A DNA stretch of 64,000 nucleotides. Source: Azolla caroliniana. Lineage: Eukaryota; Plantae; Polypodiophyta. Below, piece by piece: positions 1 through 13,740 of this stretch; within the stretch, counting starts at the first letter, position 1, and each line of letters opens with the position of its first letter. The notes below the pieces were generated by a model. That model had not been told where the DNA came from, made no database searches, and saw nothing but the letters and a program-made list of their open reading frames with translations. A program made the position numbers and the translations under genes. The stretch covers positions 2,108,001 through 2,172,000 of the forward strand of contig JBHGNT010000016.1 of the NCBI GenBank assembly GCA_043228905.1, given 5' to 3'.

Positions 1-721
1 TCTGGTGGAGATGGTATTTTGAGGCTTTTCCGTGGTGAACTTATCTGAAAATTGCAAGTGTACCGTTTGAATTAAAGGATTACTACATTGAAGGTGATTG
101 CAAACATGATTTTTGAATCCCAAACTTGAGACCACAATATTTGATGGGGTAGGTCTCTTTTGAACATGGGAACTTCAAGAGAGTTATTATGGCAACTATG
201 GTGCAAAGATATAAATGGATAGCTTATGTCTGATAATCTTCTGCAGTTTCTGTGAATTGGGCAGGTAATAAAGTGTGGATTCTATAACGAATTATTGCTA
301 ATCTCAAGCTAGAAATTGTTGGGTACCAGAAGAGAACTAAAGAGTACTCGGTTGAACCACCTGTTTACTTTGTATGGGCTGTAAATGCTCTTTGGCGAAT
401 GGCTATGAAAATACAATGTATCATATGTATCATAACCTAGACTGGGCTTCAAAATAAATTATGTTTTCACTGGATATTCAATAATAATAAAATCAATCAA
501 ATTTTGATCAATCTGCAACTGAAAATTGAGTTAAAGTATGTTAGATCATTGCAGCTGTCCTATGTTGAAATCAAATTAACTAGACCATAAAACAAATGCA
601 TGATCAAGGCTTCCACGTACGGTTACTGCTGAGTAACTATGGAAGTGATATAGTTATAACTACTGCTCTTTCATCTTTCTGTGAATTCCACTGCTGAGTT
701 GTATCCAAATTATACATTGAG

Positions 722-1090
722 AACAAGAAGTTTTAACTTTTAGTTTGATGTTTATATTAGTTATTGTCAACACATTTGAAAGACGTGTTTGCTTCATAGT
801 ACTTTTTGAGAATGGAAATCAGTGACGGGTTATGAGTTATGCTTTACAGATTATCTAGGCAGGTAGTGATCTCATATACTTTATATTTTGTGATTGCATA
901 TTGTTTCCATATCATGATCGTTTAAAGGATCCCTCAAAATCAGAAGTTTTAGCTTTTAGCTTGATTGAATTAGTTATTGTCTACACGATTGAAAGACATG
1001 TTCGCTTTTATTACTTTGTTGAGAATCAATATCAGTGATGGGTTATGGTTTATACATTATATAGGTAGGGAGTAACCTCATATAGTTCCC
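722..1090. repeat. Imperfect ~220-bp direct duplication
   Basis: AGAAGTTTTA.CTTTTAG.TTGAT...TTAGTTATTGTC.ACAC.ATT.GAAAGAC.TGTT.GC...ATCAGTGA.GGGTTATG occurs at ~726 and ~942. Confidence 0.7.
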
Positions 1091-1513
1091 AGACCTTGAT
1101 GATATACAGAAACTATCATAGAAGCTGTACTTTGATTCATTGATACATTGTTTGAAAGGTCTGCTTCAGTATAATCCAAGCCCTTTCAGGGTGGTTTTCT
1201 TGTCTTCTTAAACATGGGGTTGTGAGGCTAGTTTCTTTGGTTTTCCCAAACTGAATAAAAGATTAGATATCTTAGTGTTAACTTACCCCAAGGATGATTA
1301 TTTGTGATACGAATAGAGAAATGAAAAGTGCCTTTTACTTGAGCTTTCATAAAACTAAATGGAGTCAAATGTAAAATGCAGGGACATGCCCAATATCATG
1401 ATGATATAAATTGTGAAGAAGTGGGGTTCTTTAAAAGTAACTTACAAATATTCAATATGCTGTATTGGCTGCCCACCGTGTGAACCATTAGGATAATTGT
1501 CGCCCATTTTGAC

Positions 1514-1805
1514 ATTCATTTCTTCCATTCCCTTCTAGACAATCACTTCATGATTGACTACAATTTGTACAAATAACTCTACTACAAATATTCCAGTTTT
1601 AATTTGAGGTGTTTTTTAGTATTGATCTTTTGTATATTCTTTACCTTTTGTGGGTTTATATCCCAATTTTTCGAGATATAAAACACGTTGAGGTTCATTT
1701 CTTCCATTCTCTTGAAGACAATCTCTTCATGATTGACTACTATTTTTACAAATACCTCGACAGCAAATATTTCAGTTTTATTTTTAGGTGTTTTGGAGTA
1801 TTGAT
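1514..1805. repeat. Imperfect ~180-bp direct duplication
   Basis: TTCATTTCTTCCATTC.CTT..AGACAATC.CTTCATGATTGACTAC occurs at ~1515 and ~1694. Confidence 0.7.
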
Positions 1806-2908
1806 ATTTTTTATTTTCTTTAATTTTTGCAGTCTTGATTTGAGATTTATCACCAGTATGATATGCATTGAAAAACACTTTCCCATTAAATAGAGAAACT
1901 AATTATCCAATCTATTCAAACACGTTCAGAAGTGGGAAACTTGCCATATTTGTGAAGCCTTTGATGCTTAGGCCCAAAGAAAATTCACTACAGCAAAGAA
2001 CTACTCATCACATAGTTGGATAATAAAAACCGATACATACACAAATTCAAGTTCTGTTGAAAATGAGGGCAACGACCACCTACAATGCAATCATGCATGC
2101 CCTCACTGCCTCCACAACAGTCTTTTAGAACAGATTATCACAATAGTAAATTTTGGACACATCCTCTACTCTAAGATTCAAGAACATGCCAAACATGGAA
2201 GAACACAATGTCAAAGATTTAAGAACTGTCAATGCAAGTGCAACTTCCACATTCAACGAAGCTACAAAATTGATCAAACAAAATTCAACACAACATCACT
2301 TCAGATGGGGGCCAAAGGAAGCAACGAAGAACATGAGTTCATAACATCTCTTTGTGATATTATTGATCCCAATATTGCCCATTCATACATACATCATAAC
2401 AACCTTGACATACAAGAGTTCAGATTACAGTAACGCATGGAAACTCTTAAGTTGATATTCTGCTCTCAATCCTTCGGCATAAACCCTTCACATTCTCTTC
2501 TGGATCATTCAGTCACAGTCCATATTTTAAAACATATCCTCTATATGAGTCTCGGAACACAAATAAATATGAGGAAAACATATTTGGAGATTCTTTCTCA
2601 GGCTTGATTACAATCTTTATGAAAGAACTTTTTCCTGAGCTCAAATGTAGGATGCTGCGTAGAAACTTCTCTTGCATTGTAGTTTTATACCTTCAATAAC
2701 ACAATCAGCACACAAGGAAAAACTTTCCTGTATATAATTCTGCTTCATTCTAAAACCTAGAACATCTAAGCTTGTGAAAACTCTTTGAAGTTGAACATTT
2801 CATATTGCAAGGCCTAATTTATAATTTCCTGAGTGACTAAGAATCAATGTGTATTCAGAGAAGACAATGGGTTGTACTCTATGCTTGCCTGGGTTGTAAA
2901 TGAAAACA

Positions 2909-5900
2909 CTATTGACAATCGCTATCCCAATCATCATCCACTGCTGATAATGAAGGGCTAGAAAAATCTTCCTCTGGTACTACTTCAAAGCGTCCATGCA
3001 TCATTAGATTATCTATTTGTGGTGAAAGCACCGAAACTTGTTTGGATGGATTAACCCAAGCCATTGGATCATTCTTAGATTGACATAAGCCGTTGGATTC
3101 CTCAGGAATTGTACTCAGGTTAATCTCGTTTCCATTTAATGAGCTTTGTTTGTTTCCAACATTAGGTCTCCATCCAGGCAGCATTGCCAAGATTGCAGCA
3201 TCAATTATTTCTGCAATCCGTATTACATCTTGGTCTCCTAGATTGAGCTCTGAAATCATTTCTCCAGCCACAGACATCGCCGTATCTTTTTTCATGTCAA
3301 ACTCAAAATGGATGACTCGCACATGACCTATGGAGGCCACAGATTACAACCAAAAGTAAGAAATTTTGGAAAATCCGTCACCTTCACATTAGAATTGACA
3401 ATTCTATGCTTCGCTATATTTTGTACGTTTCTATTTATACTTTTAAATGTAATTAAACTATTTTGCAAGAAATCTAGCTAACATCATGACCATAGTTCAA
3501 ACCTTCTAAGTCTGCAATTCGGAGTCGTAGATGCAGTTTATTGTCATCTCTTAACTTGCCTTTCACTTGAAAGTCCATCTTGCGACCTCCCTTATCCTCT
3601 ATAACATGAGAAAGAGGGACAATATTTGAGCTTCTGGCCATACCCCTTCTCTCATCTTTAGAATCCAACACCGAAGGAGCTTCCTCATAGTGTATCAATG
3701 AACTCGATATGCTATTAAAATTCACAAATGTGGAAGCATCCTTAATCCTCATTTCATCAACAGAGGATCTAATACGATCCAAAGAACTAATACTTCTCAG
3801 AGAGGACGAAGAAATTAGCAAACTTTCTACACAATTGCAATCTCTAAGAAATGAGTCCATAAGAAGCTCCCTCGTAGGTAACCGCCTTGATGCTGGGGCA
3901 ATACATTTCTCAATAAATTCTCGCAGATGAGGATCCTTAACTTTGAATAATGCCGCCGGTGGTTTTCCCTATTCCAACACAGTGCATCGACAAAAATAAA
4001 ATCTTCTATTGTCATGATTTTTTATATCTTATTTGCGTATATTTTTTTTTCCAACATTGCTCTCCTATAAAGAAACTTACAGAAGTAACTTTCTTGTAAA
4101 TCTGGGCTGGATTTGAGCATTCTTTATAAGGATATTCACATGTCACCATCTCCAACAAGCACATACCAAAGGAGTAGATGTCCACCAACTCGGTGTATTC
4201 TTCTTCATAAAGCTCAGGTGCCATGAACTCAGGTGTTCCTATGACAAAAACATACATTCACAAACAATGCATTGAAAGTAGGAACATGACTAATATTATA
4301 TGTACATATATTGTAGGATTATAATTTAGATTTCTTTTAAATGCTTACCAATAACACTACGTGCTGCATAAGCATGTTGTAAGATCGCTGCAAGACCTAG
4401 ATCTCCTATTTTGACTTCTCCTTGGTTTCCATTTATAAAAATGTTATCACACTTCAAATCGCGATGGATAATAGGTGGATCATGGCTATGCAAATATAGC
4501 AGACCCCTTAGGATCTGCCTTGCCCAATTCTTTATTGCCCATACATCAACATGTCTGTGTCGCCTTCGGTACCTAGCATAAAAGATATACCCATATAAAC
4601 AAAAAGAAAATATTTAAATGCCTGTCACAATCACATATTGGGAAAAACATCAAAAAAGACCCTGAACTTCCTGGTGTTTTACCAGAATATCCTTCTCCAG
4701 TACAAAAGTTACAACTACAGAGGATGTGTTCTGGTACATTTTGAAAGCTTAAGGAATTGTTTGCAAAAATTCAGGGGCATTTTGTTTCTTTTCTCTTTAT
4801 CTACTATTTTCATTTATGAATACAACGTTTTTGAATAAATACTTAAAGTTGTACTTACTGCCTGAGTGTGCCTGATGTAAACATTTCTGTGAGAAAGTTT
4901 AAGTTTTGTGTATCAGGATCTATCCATGAATGATAAAATTTGATGATGTTTTTGTGCTTTAATGTCTTCAGAAGGTGGACCTCTGAATACAATCTATCAA
5001 CATCTTCTGGAGTGTGAATGACATCCTGAACTTTGATTTGATTCCATGCCACTTCAATTCCTTCTAGTGTATCAAAAGCTTTGTATCTAAAAACCAAGTG
5101 CGTTAAGGTTATTCAATTGATTAAATCAGTATTGTTAAAGGAATATCAAAGTCCAACAGTTGATGTTATGTGAGGAAGGATACACAGTTTTGAATGCTCC
5201 TCTGCCAAGGACATCCTTGTACTGATCAAGACAAAATAAAAGTTTTTCTTTTCAGCAAAGCAGATAAGCAATTTGCATATACAAACTTACTCTTATAAGT
5301 TTAGAAGAATATGGTAGGATATACATACTAGTCACATTTAAAACCATGGTTATTTCAATGCATGTACCAGTGTATTCTACTTATGTAAGTTTTGGAGAAC
5401 ATGCTAAGAGATTCATTAGTACATACAATATCATGATCATGTTGTAGATTCAAACTTATTACGCATAAACATTCTAGATAACATTCTAGAGTGTGCATTA
5501 GTACAACCAATGTATTCAATGCATGTACCAATGTATTCTACTTATGTCATTTTGGAGAACATGCTAAGAGATTCACTAGTACATACATCATCATGGTCAT
5601 GGTGCAGATGCAAACATACTCCGCATATAAGTTCTAGATAACATTCTAGAATGTGCATTAGTACAACCAAAAACCAAGGCCATGTTGATAAATATACAAA
5701 TTTATTTCTGCTTAGAACATGTTAAGATACAGAGTCATGGCCATATTGATGAACACGCCAAACTTATCTGCTTGGCAAGCCTCGGAGAACATTGTAAGAG
5801 GTGTATTGGTACATACAAAATTTTGGCCAATACACCTATAAAGAAGATGCTAATTATGCATTCATGCATATAAAATCACAGACATATTAATACATATATA

Positions 5901-6411
5901 AATAGAGCATACAGAAACCAGGATCATGTAGATGCATAACAAATAGCATACTATGATATGCATTAGCACATATAAACCATGGCCCTGTTAATGCATATTA
6001 AGTACATGCTAAGAAACTGATCAATGCATAGAAAAAACAAGGCTGTGTTGTTGCACACACAAACAGCACATAGTGCATATAAAACCGTGGCCATGGTGAT
6101 ACATATACAATCAAATCTAAAATATGCATTAGGAAATAGAAAAAAATGGCTAATGCTGATGCATATATAAAGAACATGCTATGATATGCATTAATGCATA
6201 CAAAAACCTAGGCCATGTAAATGTAGATACAACGAACATGCATCAGAACATTCACACAACATGTCCAATGTTGATGGGTATATAAACTTACTCGTCCATA
6301 GCGCCCTGATGGATCAAGCTCCTCAAACTTTTCACCCTCATCACTATTTTCTTCACTATTTACTAGATTATTCCAGTATGGTATATGCCCAATTGAACCA
6401 GAATTTGGCAT
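2909..6411 (-). CDS. WNK: WNK (With No lysine K) Ser/Thr protein kinase, 7 coding exons, about 550 aa
   Basis: Exons 6411-6292, 5221-5184, 5086-4859, 4572-4349, 4238-4081, 3968-3503 and 3327-2909 splice in frame (1653 nt). Motifs: [26 protein letters not shown] (Lys in subdomain I), EVAWNQ (no Lys in subdomain II), [33 protein letters not shown], and the C-terminal [28 protein letters not shown] domain. Confidence 0.95.
5087..5183 (-). other. U12-type (minor spliceosome) GT-AG intron in WNK
   Basis: Minus-strand donor GTATCCTTCC, branch AACCTTAAC about 16 nt before the 3' AG, and no long polypyrimidine tract. Removing it restores FKTVYKAF. Confidence 0.9.
5340..6230. repeat. Degenerate tandem repeats filling WNK intron 1, including a ~161-bp direct duplication
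   Basis: TTCAATGCATGTACCA.TGTATTCTACTTATGT occurs at ~5354 and ~5515. Recurring units resemble ACCATGGCCATGTTGATGCATA...ATGCATTAGTACA. Confidence 0.7.
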
Positions 6412-8787
6412 GACTTAATATTTAGTATGAATTCCCAATTTATGATCTTCAATTCCTGTACAAAATATATAAATCATTGGTGTGAATAAGAAAAACAGAT
6501 ACCTTTGATATGCTAGGAAGAAAGGACATGGATAATAATAATAAATTGGATTAATTTCTTTATTTTTTCCAAAATTGGTAGGTTTTTTTAAAACACGGAT
6601 GATGGGCATGGTGTACAAAGTAAACGGAGAAAGAAAATAAACTAAATATTGAACGCTGTTACCTTTTTCTTATCTTGCGAGATCGATTGAAAAGACATAG
6701 CCAAAATCATAGAGACGTGTTAGCTAATGATGGAGTTGAGAAATAATCGGTTCCTTTACAGAACTTTGGATAGGAGAAAAACAGGGGTATGTCACAGTCT
6801 AGTGAATTGGGTGTGTGAGAGAAAGGGGGAATGAAGAATGAATCCGAAAAAATTTAATAAAATATTAATGAAAATTTGAAAATAGAGATGAAATAAAAAT
6901 GTAATGATAAAGTTTAGGGCCACAAATGAGATAGATACCTGTGAGAGAGCAATCTGAGGAATGATGATGGTAAGGAGAAGAACGCATGTGGGAAGAGATG
7001 GATGAAATGACACCTATATGTAGTAGATAGATGTGTGCGATGTATACATATATAAGAAAAAGAAAATGGGGATGCAAATTGTCCAATAGATAGTGTATGC
7101 AGTCAAAATAGGTAGACTGAGATCGATCTTAAAGATATAGTCTATAGACTAGAGAGTGTAATGGAAGGCTTTGAGTGTGTGTGTGTGTGTGTGTGTATCA
7201 ATCAATCCGAGTTCGATTCCAATTGGACCCACCACCAACACGAAGTCTTCGTCCTGAGTGTCTCATTGACTACTCCTATATGTCCTTTACACAAAACAAA
7301 TTTGCTCAATTGATCCTCGTGAGCCAACATATGTTTCAATCGATCTTTTTGAGAGCCAATGCATTTTGATATGCAATTCCCCATTCCGTTTCACATGCCG
7401 ATTTGGAAATGCTAGCAAGTGAAAACAAAAAGAAATAACACCAAAACACACACAACCCCCACTATGTTTCTCATTTAGTTTGTAATTGGTGAGTATGACC
7501 AATTCAAACACGCCACAAGTTGTTGATTAGGTTGGACAAGGATAATCAAATAGTTCAAATAGGGAGTGTGCATGATTGATAGTAAAAAAAATTCCAATTG
7601 GGACCCGATTAGAGTTGATTCCCTATATCATTAAGCTTTGATAGGCTATATAACTTTCGCATTTGATATCTTTGATGGGATGCTCCACTTCTACTTCTTC
7701 AGTTGATCTTATTAATCATCGATATTGGGCCCAAATGTTGGGATTAGCATGCATACATGCAATGTTGATAGGAGCTCTTGATTCATGATACAATGCATGA
7801 AAATTATAAGTTTCTTGTTCCACTACAAAAATTGCCCTTAATGAATGAAAATATTAATTTTCTCAATGTTATTCTTAGTTGAAGACAAATTAACCTCATA
7901 CACAACCTTCCAATCCATCAAGCGATGAAAGCCACTTCTCTCACTTTCTTACAAATGTTGGCATGCTTCTTTTGGTAACTCCTTGTCCAACTATTATACT
8001 ACGTGTCATACCGAAGCGAAGAAGACATGCACATACAAAACACATGCATCATGTGGAAAAGTATTAGGCCGATAAAATTCAAAGGGTAAGAGGTAACTGA
8101 TTTTCTCAAAAAATATCGCTATGACATCCTTAATTAATAGGGCCTAATAAACAATTAACTAGCTACAATACTCTAAACTGTGGTGGATCTTAGCATACAT
8201 ATATGAGCAAAGTTTTTTTCTTTTGTAATCTCCTTAATAGTTTACACACTTCACTTACTAATTACTTTTCTCATTTATTATATTAAGGTTTAGGCTCAAT
8301 AAATATATCATTTGGTCTTTCAATGATTTGATAGTAGGAATTTTAGTATTATGAAAATAAATTAAAGGGGGGAATATATGAGGACACTCTCTTATTATTA
8401 TAAAAGCAAGTTATACGTCTCCAATGGATAAGATTTTCACATGTTGACCCTGTGAAGTATGGCACTTCTCATGCTCGTAAGTCACAACTCACGAGTCATT
8501 GTCATAAATGTAATTACAAACTCCACTTAAATACTTATTAAACTTACTACATGATTATACAAGCTTACTTCAATTTCTAGTTTTCCCAATTGCTTCTTAT
8601 AAGTTATAAGCACGTTCATATGATACATATGTTTTGATCCCAGCAAGTTGTCACGACTTCCAAGATTTGGATTGTCAATTTATCATAGCCTATATAGGTC
8701 CCTCTAAAAATTCGTCATTGTCTTCCGTTCCCTTGCAATAGTATCAACTTGTTATGTTATGGCTGAATACGCTTCTTTGCAAAATTT

Positions 8788-9239
8788 TGTTACACCCTTT
8801 GCAAGGAATAAAGGGTGCTTAACTAAACCCACCTCCCTCAAGCAAAGGTCAATAGATGAATAGAAACCCCATCTTATATTGTACTACTAAATATAACATT
8901 GTCATATACCTCAAAAGTTCAAAAGATAACATACTTGAAATACGAGATATTTTTGTCTCAAAGATTTCATATCGAAGAGGGTAGCTAGTCCCCTTTATAT
9001 AGTTAAATTCATTGGGCTCCTAGACAACCACTTGTCTTATATATCCTTGTGGGTTGTCCCAGGTTTTAGAATTCACGTCCCACTCATACAACCCCCTTAA
9101 ATCCATTAAAATCAACCTTCAGGATTGGTTAACAAGGTTGTGCCCTTAACATAAGGCATTTAAGATAGCCTTTATCTTACAACCTTTATCCATTATAATG
9201 CCTATTGTTGATGTTGTGCCCTAACAACTTTCTATAACA
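8788..9239. mobile_element. Possible old solo LTR
   Basis: Starts TGTTACA, with candidate ends CTAACA (9226) or TATAACA (9239) and a TATATAAAGGGG box on the minus strand. The TSD match is imperfect (AATTT vs ACTTT). Confidence 0.35.
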
Positions 9240-9699
9240 TATGGTAAATGCATATTTTTACCTTTATTCAAACTAATGGAGCCGTGCATCTTAGTTTTCA
9301 AGATATAGCACCAATAACTGTAAATGTTCAATCATTACATTGAACATAACGAAACGTTAATGATTGCTCACATGAATTTCTATTCTATGTATGCAACTCA
9401 GACATTGAAATAGTAATATGATGGAACTTTGTCAATGTTATGTTTACCTTGAACATCGTTGTCATTGCCATGAATGTGGCCCATTTTATCTTATGGAAGT
9501 TGTTTGATTATGATCCCTTCTCAATGTTGCCAATAGTATATGGCTACAGAATTCATCGTCACAAATATGAAACAATGAGCAAAATAAGTACATTTCACAA
9601 TATATGGATGAATGCAATGGGGAAACTCCCTTGTTATGACATTTTAACCTTGTATTGGATCCGAGATCGGGGGTTAACATTTTCATTGTATTGAGAAAG

Positions 9700-11110
9700 A
9701 GAGAGATCACATTGTTATTTGATGCCAATACAATGGGTGTTTGGAAACTAGAGAGATGGATATTGTTTTCTTATTTATGAGATAGTGGGTATGTGCACAA
9801 TGCCTTTGTACATGGTAGTGGGCATGGAATCAAACCATATATACCGAAGGTGGAGGGAGCGCTAATATGCAAATTCTTTATTGGAGCAAGTAGACATTCT
9901 TTCCTTGGTAGAGTGTTTGTTTTGCCTATTGGATGTTCAATGTGTCCCATTACTCAATTGTGGTGCCATTGTAGTGTTTTTCGCACACATTTATTGATAT
10001 GAGCGCATGTTGAGAGAGAGAGTTGATTATGTTATAATTAGATTTGGAGAGAGCTTATGGTCACATTAATTGACCCTGCCTTTTTTTATAGTCAAGATTC
10101 ACCATGGTATTAATGAAAAGATGCCCAAAGGCTACAAAGAATCCATACAATAAATTATAACCCTCCTACCCACATCAATCAACATGTTTGGTAGCAGAAA
10201 CCCTCATGCATGGTCCTTTCAAGACAATGGGCGGAATAAGCCATATTGGTGGAGCATATCTCCACTTTATTTTGTCCCCCAAAAAGGTGAAAACCTCAAC
10301 CTTTTTCCAAATTTCTCAAAATTGTTTTCACGTTAATGAATACAATGGGCTTTGAACCACATATGTTTCCCCTCATATTTTTATTAGGAGTGGCATCCCA
10401 TGTAATGCTTAATGGTAAAGTTAAATGTTGTTCTCACAACATTTTTTTTATCAAGGATGCCCACTTAGCCCATTGTTGCTTCCTATTGTTACTCATCCCT
10501 CGTTAATGATGTTATCAAGATTTGCAACCAATAGTGACATTGTGGGCCAACACTTTCCATTTAGAGGGCAGCTAGTAACACAAGTTTTGGCAAATGATTC
10601 TTTCATGTTTTTACAAGCCTCGTGTGAGAAATTTAAGAAGGGATGCTCGTATAGAACCAAATTGGATTGCTTAATTTAAGAAGTTTTGCATGGTGTCATG
10701 TATTGAGCGGGATTTGGAATGTCTTGGATAACATTGGCCCATGGTTAGAAAATGCTTTAATTTTCAACACTCAAGTATCCATTGGAATGAATATTACAAA
10801 TGGCCAATTGATTGAATGGGTGTCCAACAAATTAATGGATAAGTTCATGCATTGGACGTCAAAATCATGGTCATTTCATGTATGCCCAAAGGTTGTACGA
10901 TGTATTGTGGAACCCATGATATTATATTACTTGTCATTGTTACCATACAAAAAGAAGGTTTTGCATTCTATTTTGCAACCTCTTCAATATTTGTGGTGGA
11001 AAAAGAGGGACTAGACTGGAATCTCATGGGTTGTGTGGAGCCATTTAGTAACGCCTAAGCACTTGGGAGGAGCTACAATATTGGACTTATCAAATTTAAT
11101 TATTGTAAGA
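9700..11110 (+). mobile_element. Decayed L1-like LINE ORF2 (reverse transcriptase) remnant
   Basis: Frameshifted segments QGCPLSPLL, LANDSFMF (degenerate F/YADD), WVSNKL..W and ISWVVWSHLVTPKHLGG..ILDL, with many stops. Boundaries are approximate. Confidence 0.75.
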
Positions 11111-11112
11111 CA

Positions 11113-11368
11113 CATTTTCAGACCCATGACCATGGATATGTATTCTCCAATATTTCATTGAGAACACAGGTATCACACGAGATGACAAATATTGATTGGA
11201 TGTATTCCATCCACTTAAGATTCCTTTTCTTCGTATCTTGCATTTTCAGACCCATGACCATGGATATGTATTCTCCAATATTTCATTGAGAACACAGGTA
11301 TCACGCGAGATGACAAATATTGATTGGATGTATTCCATCCACTTAAGATTCCTTTTCTTCGTATCTTG
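11113..11368. repeat. Near-perfect 128-bp tandem duplication
   Basis: CATTTTCAGACCCATGACC...TTCGTATCTTG starts at 11113 and again at 11241. Confidence 0.9.
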
Positions 11369-11399
11369 CATTTAGTGAAACCTAAAGTATTGCTTTTGC

Positions 11400-12700
11400 A
11401 TGACTTTTGAATATTTCTACTTGCTCCTATATGATCCTAGGAAATCAATGTGAGATTTTTTTGGAAACCTTAAGCATGTACTCAATAACCCTTTCCAAAC
11501 CCATGACCTCAATATGGTTTGAAGAAGTAGGAGTGTGTATGTTGTTTGTTGCTTGAGTAGAGAAACTTGATAAATGCAATTGGCTTAGGGACATTACCAC
11601 ATTATAGAGAAACATTAACATTATCAATGTGTCAAAGAGGTATTACTTCAAGAACCAACGATTAATCTCTCCAACATTGTCTCCAATGCATAGTAAATCA
11701 TCTTCCCCACTATTAAGCTTGTGGATAGTAAACTCATGTCACCCATGATCAATGGGACCTCAAACCCAGTATCTTTGAATCTTTGTTCAATCGAAGTGGT
11801 TTGCACACAATGCATGATTTATTCCTTTCTTGGAGTCTTCACAAGCATAACCTTTTTGTTAAGTAATTAGGTAATTAACTAGGGTTAATTAGAGACTAAT
11901 TATATGGTTACGTTAAGCAGCGGAAGATTAGTATGATATGCGCGTGAGAGTGTGTGAGAGGAAGAGAGAGAGAGAGGAAGTTACACTCGAACACGGAGAT
12001 AAATGGGGGATGATTGACTATATTGAAAAGTGTCATCAACATACAAAAATACCCACAATGAGGTATATATACAACCCATGTGCAAAGGTGCACATGTGTG
12101 GGTAGAACATAGGTACTTATGTGTAAGTCCTACATTCAATGTACTAAGGAGTGGAGGATCTAGAATATCCCACTTAAGTACAAGGTCCTATTTAAAGGCT
12201 TAAGGTCAACACATTAACTAGATTCGATCTAGGTAACTACTAAGTTACATGTGTTGACTAACTAGATTAAACTAGTTGAGCTTGATATCTCAACACTTTT
12301 GTTATGTAGTTATTGACACCCGACTTACTATTCATAGAAAACTTGCGTCATATAGTCAATGTGCTTTGGGTGTCTTTCTAAAGTAATTGCAAAATCACCA
12401 CAACAACTCCATATAACAAATGCATGATAACTACATTCCCAATGATAATTTCTTCTTTAATGCCTTCTTTCTTTGCAATCTCGTCGACAATTTGTTCCAA
12501 TTCATCAATGCATAAACTGAAGATAGTTGGTGAGTGTGGGAATCCTTGGTTAACATCAACAATGCTTATTGAAAAAATTTGAAATTCCATTCCCCATGCA
12601 CTCGTGACATATCATCTTCTTGTAGTTTTGAAAATTTACAAGCATATCATATGGTATGTTGAGTTATTGTATGTGTATTAAAAGATGCTCTAAGATCATC
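11400..12700 (-). mobile_element. Second decayed LINE RT remnant, opposite orientation, interrupted by a solo LTR
   Basis: VNQGFPHSPTIFSLCIDEL (QGxPLSPxLF) and IMHLLYGVVVV (LLYADDxV). After removing the LTR the sequence continues as ITKVMLVK. Boundaries are approximate. Confidence 0.65.
11857..12295. mobile_element. Solo LTR (439 bp)
   Basis: Starts TGTTAAG and ends CTCAACA (TG...CA inverted termini). Flanked by a perfect 5-bp TSD CTTTT at 11852-11856 and 12296-12300. Confidence 0.85.
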
Positions 12701-13413
12701 ATACCAAAAACTATTCTTTACATTCGCTGAAGCAAAGCCATCAAAGTGGTTGTAAGATGTTTGTAACGCATGGAAGGGGATGGCCAATTGATATAAGAGA
12801 GCTATAGAAGTTGTTACAATATCTCAAAAGAATTGAAAAGAGAATGAGAGAAGTCAAAGTGCTCCATCTGAGTAAGGTAATGGACATTCGATACACATGA
12901 ACAAGATAAGTAGAGGAACCCACAATTGAAGACAGTTGCGACCATACATTGTCAAGGGTTCTCCCTCAGTTAAGCGGTAAATCAAGTGAAGCGAGTGCTA
13001 ACAACGGGTAGGCAAGCTACTTCACTTATTTTCGAGTACGATTTTTGGTATGAAGTGGAATTATGCCATACCTTCTTTTATGTTGTATAGCCGATATTTA
13101 TTGGTCTACTTGTTTCATATATGACAACATCTGCTTGATCAGATGCTTATACTAGCCTTTGTATCACTGATAGAAGCGAGATGAAATGTCTCTATATGTT
13201 TTCTATACAATTTTCAAGTAATATATTAAGGTGAATCTTTCTCAAAAAAACAAAAAACAAAAAAAGCAAAATAAAAAACGGGTCGGCAAGCTAGCTACTA
13301 TAGGGAGGGATGTTTTAAAATGGCCATTGTATAGGGAAGTCCGAGAGCGATTTCAAACCTCAATTAGGGAGTAAATCAAATTAAGCGTGTGCTAACTATA
13401 ACTAACTAACGAT

Positions 13414-13485
13414 GGGTCGCCAAGTTAAGCGAGTGTAACCATGATTCGAAGGTCTTGGGTTCGAATCCGGAATTTCTCACCTCGC
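13414..13485 (+). mobile_element. tRNA-derived SINE head or tRNA pseudogene
   Basis: Perfect Pol III B box GGTTCGAATCC at 13458-13468 preceded by AGGTCTTG. The A box is weak and no acceptor stem is evident. Confidence 0.4.
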
Positions 13486-13699
13486 TATATACATGCAACA
13501 TACTCCATACAATTATGTAAATACATATACATATGTATATCCTCTCTCTCATTGACCGGCTTTCTCTGCTTTTAGATTACGCCCAACGTTCACCCCCCGC
13601 TCTCTCTCTCTCTCTCTCTCTTTTTCCCCCTTTTCTCTGCAGACCTCCTCCCGCCTCTTTTGGTTTTTGTTTCGACTCTTCAAATCCCTCTGCTGCACT

Positions 13700-13740
13700 A
13701 GCAGCAGCAGCGGCGGCGGCGGCGGCGACGGCGGCGGCAG
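13700..13740 (+). repeat. (GCA)n(GCG)n trinucleotide tract and nearby (CT)n in the 5' leader of the SET gene
   Basis: AGCAGCAGCAGCGGCGGCGGCGGCGGCGACGGCGGCGGCAG, with (CT)n at ~13600-13620. Confidence 0.8.

Noticed and set aside
1-440. Possible 3' end of a gene or pseudogene at the window edge
   Set aside because: Stops occur in all forward frames and I recognised no motif. Upstream context is missing.
13414-13485. Functional tRNA gene
   Set aside because: Only the T-loop/B box matches. I could not fold an acceptor stem or D arm.
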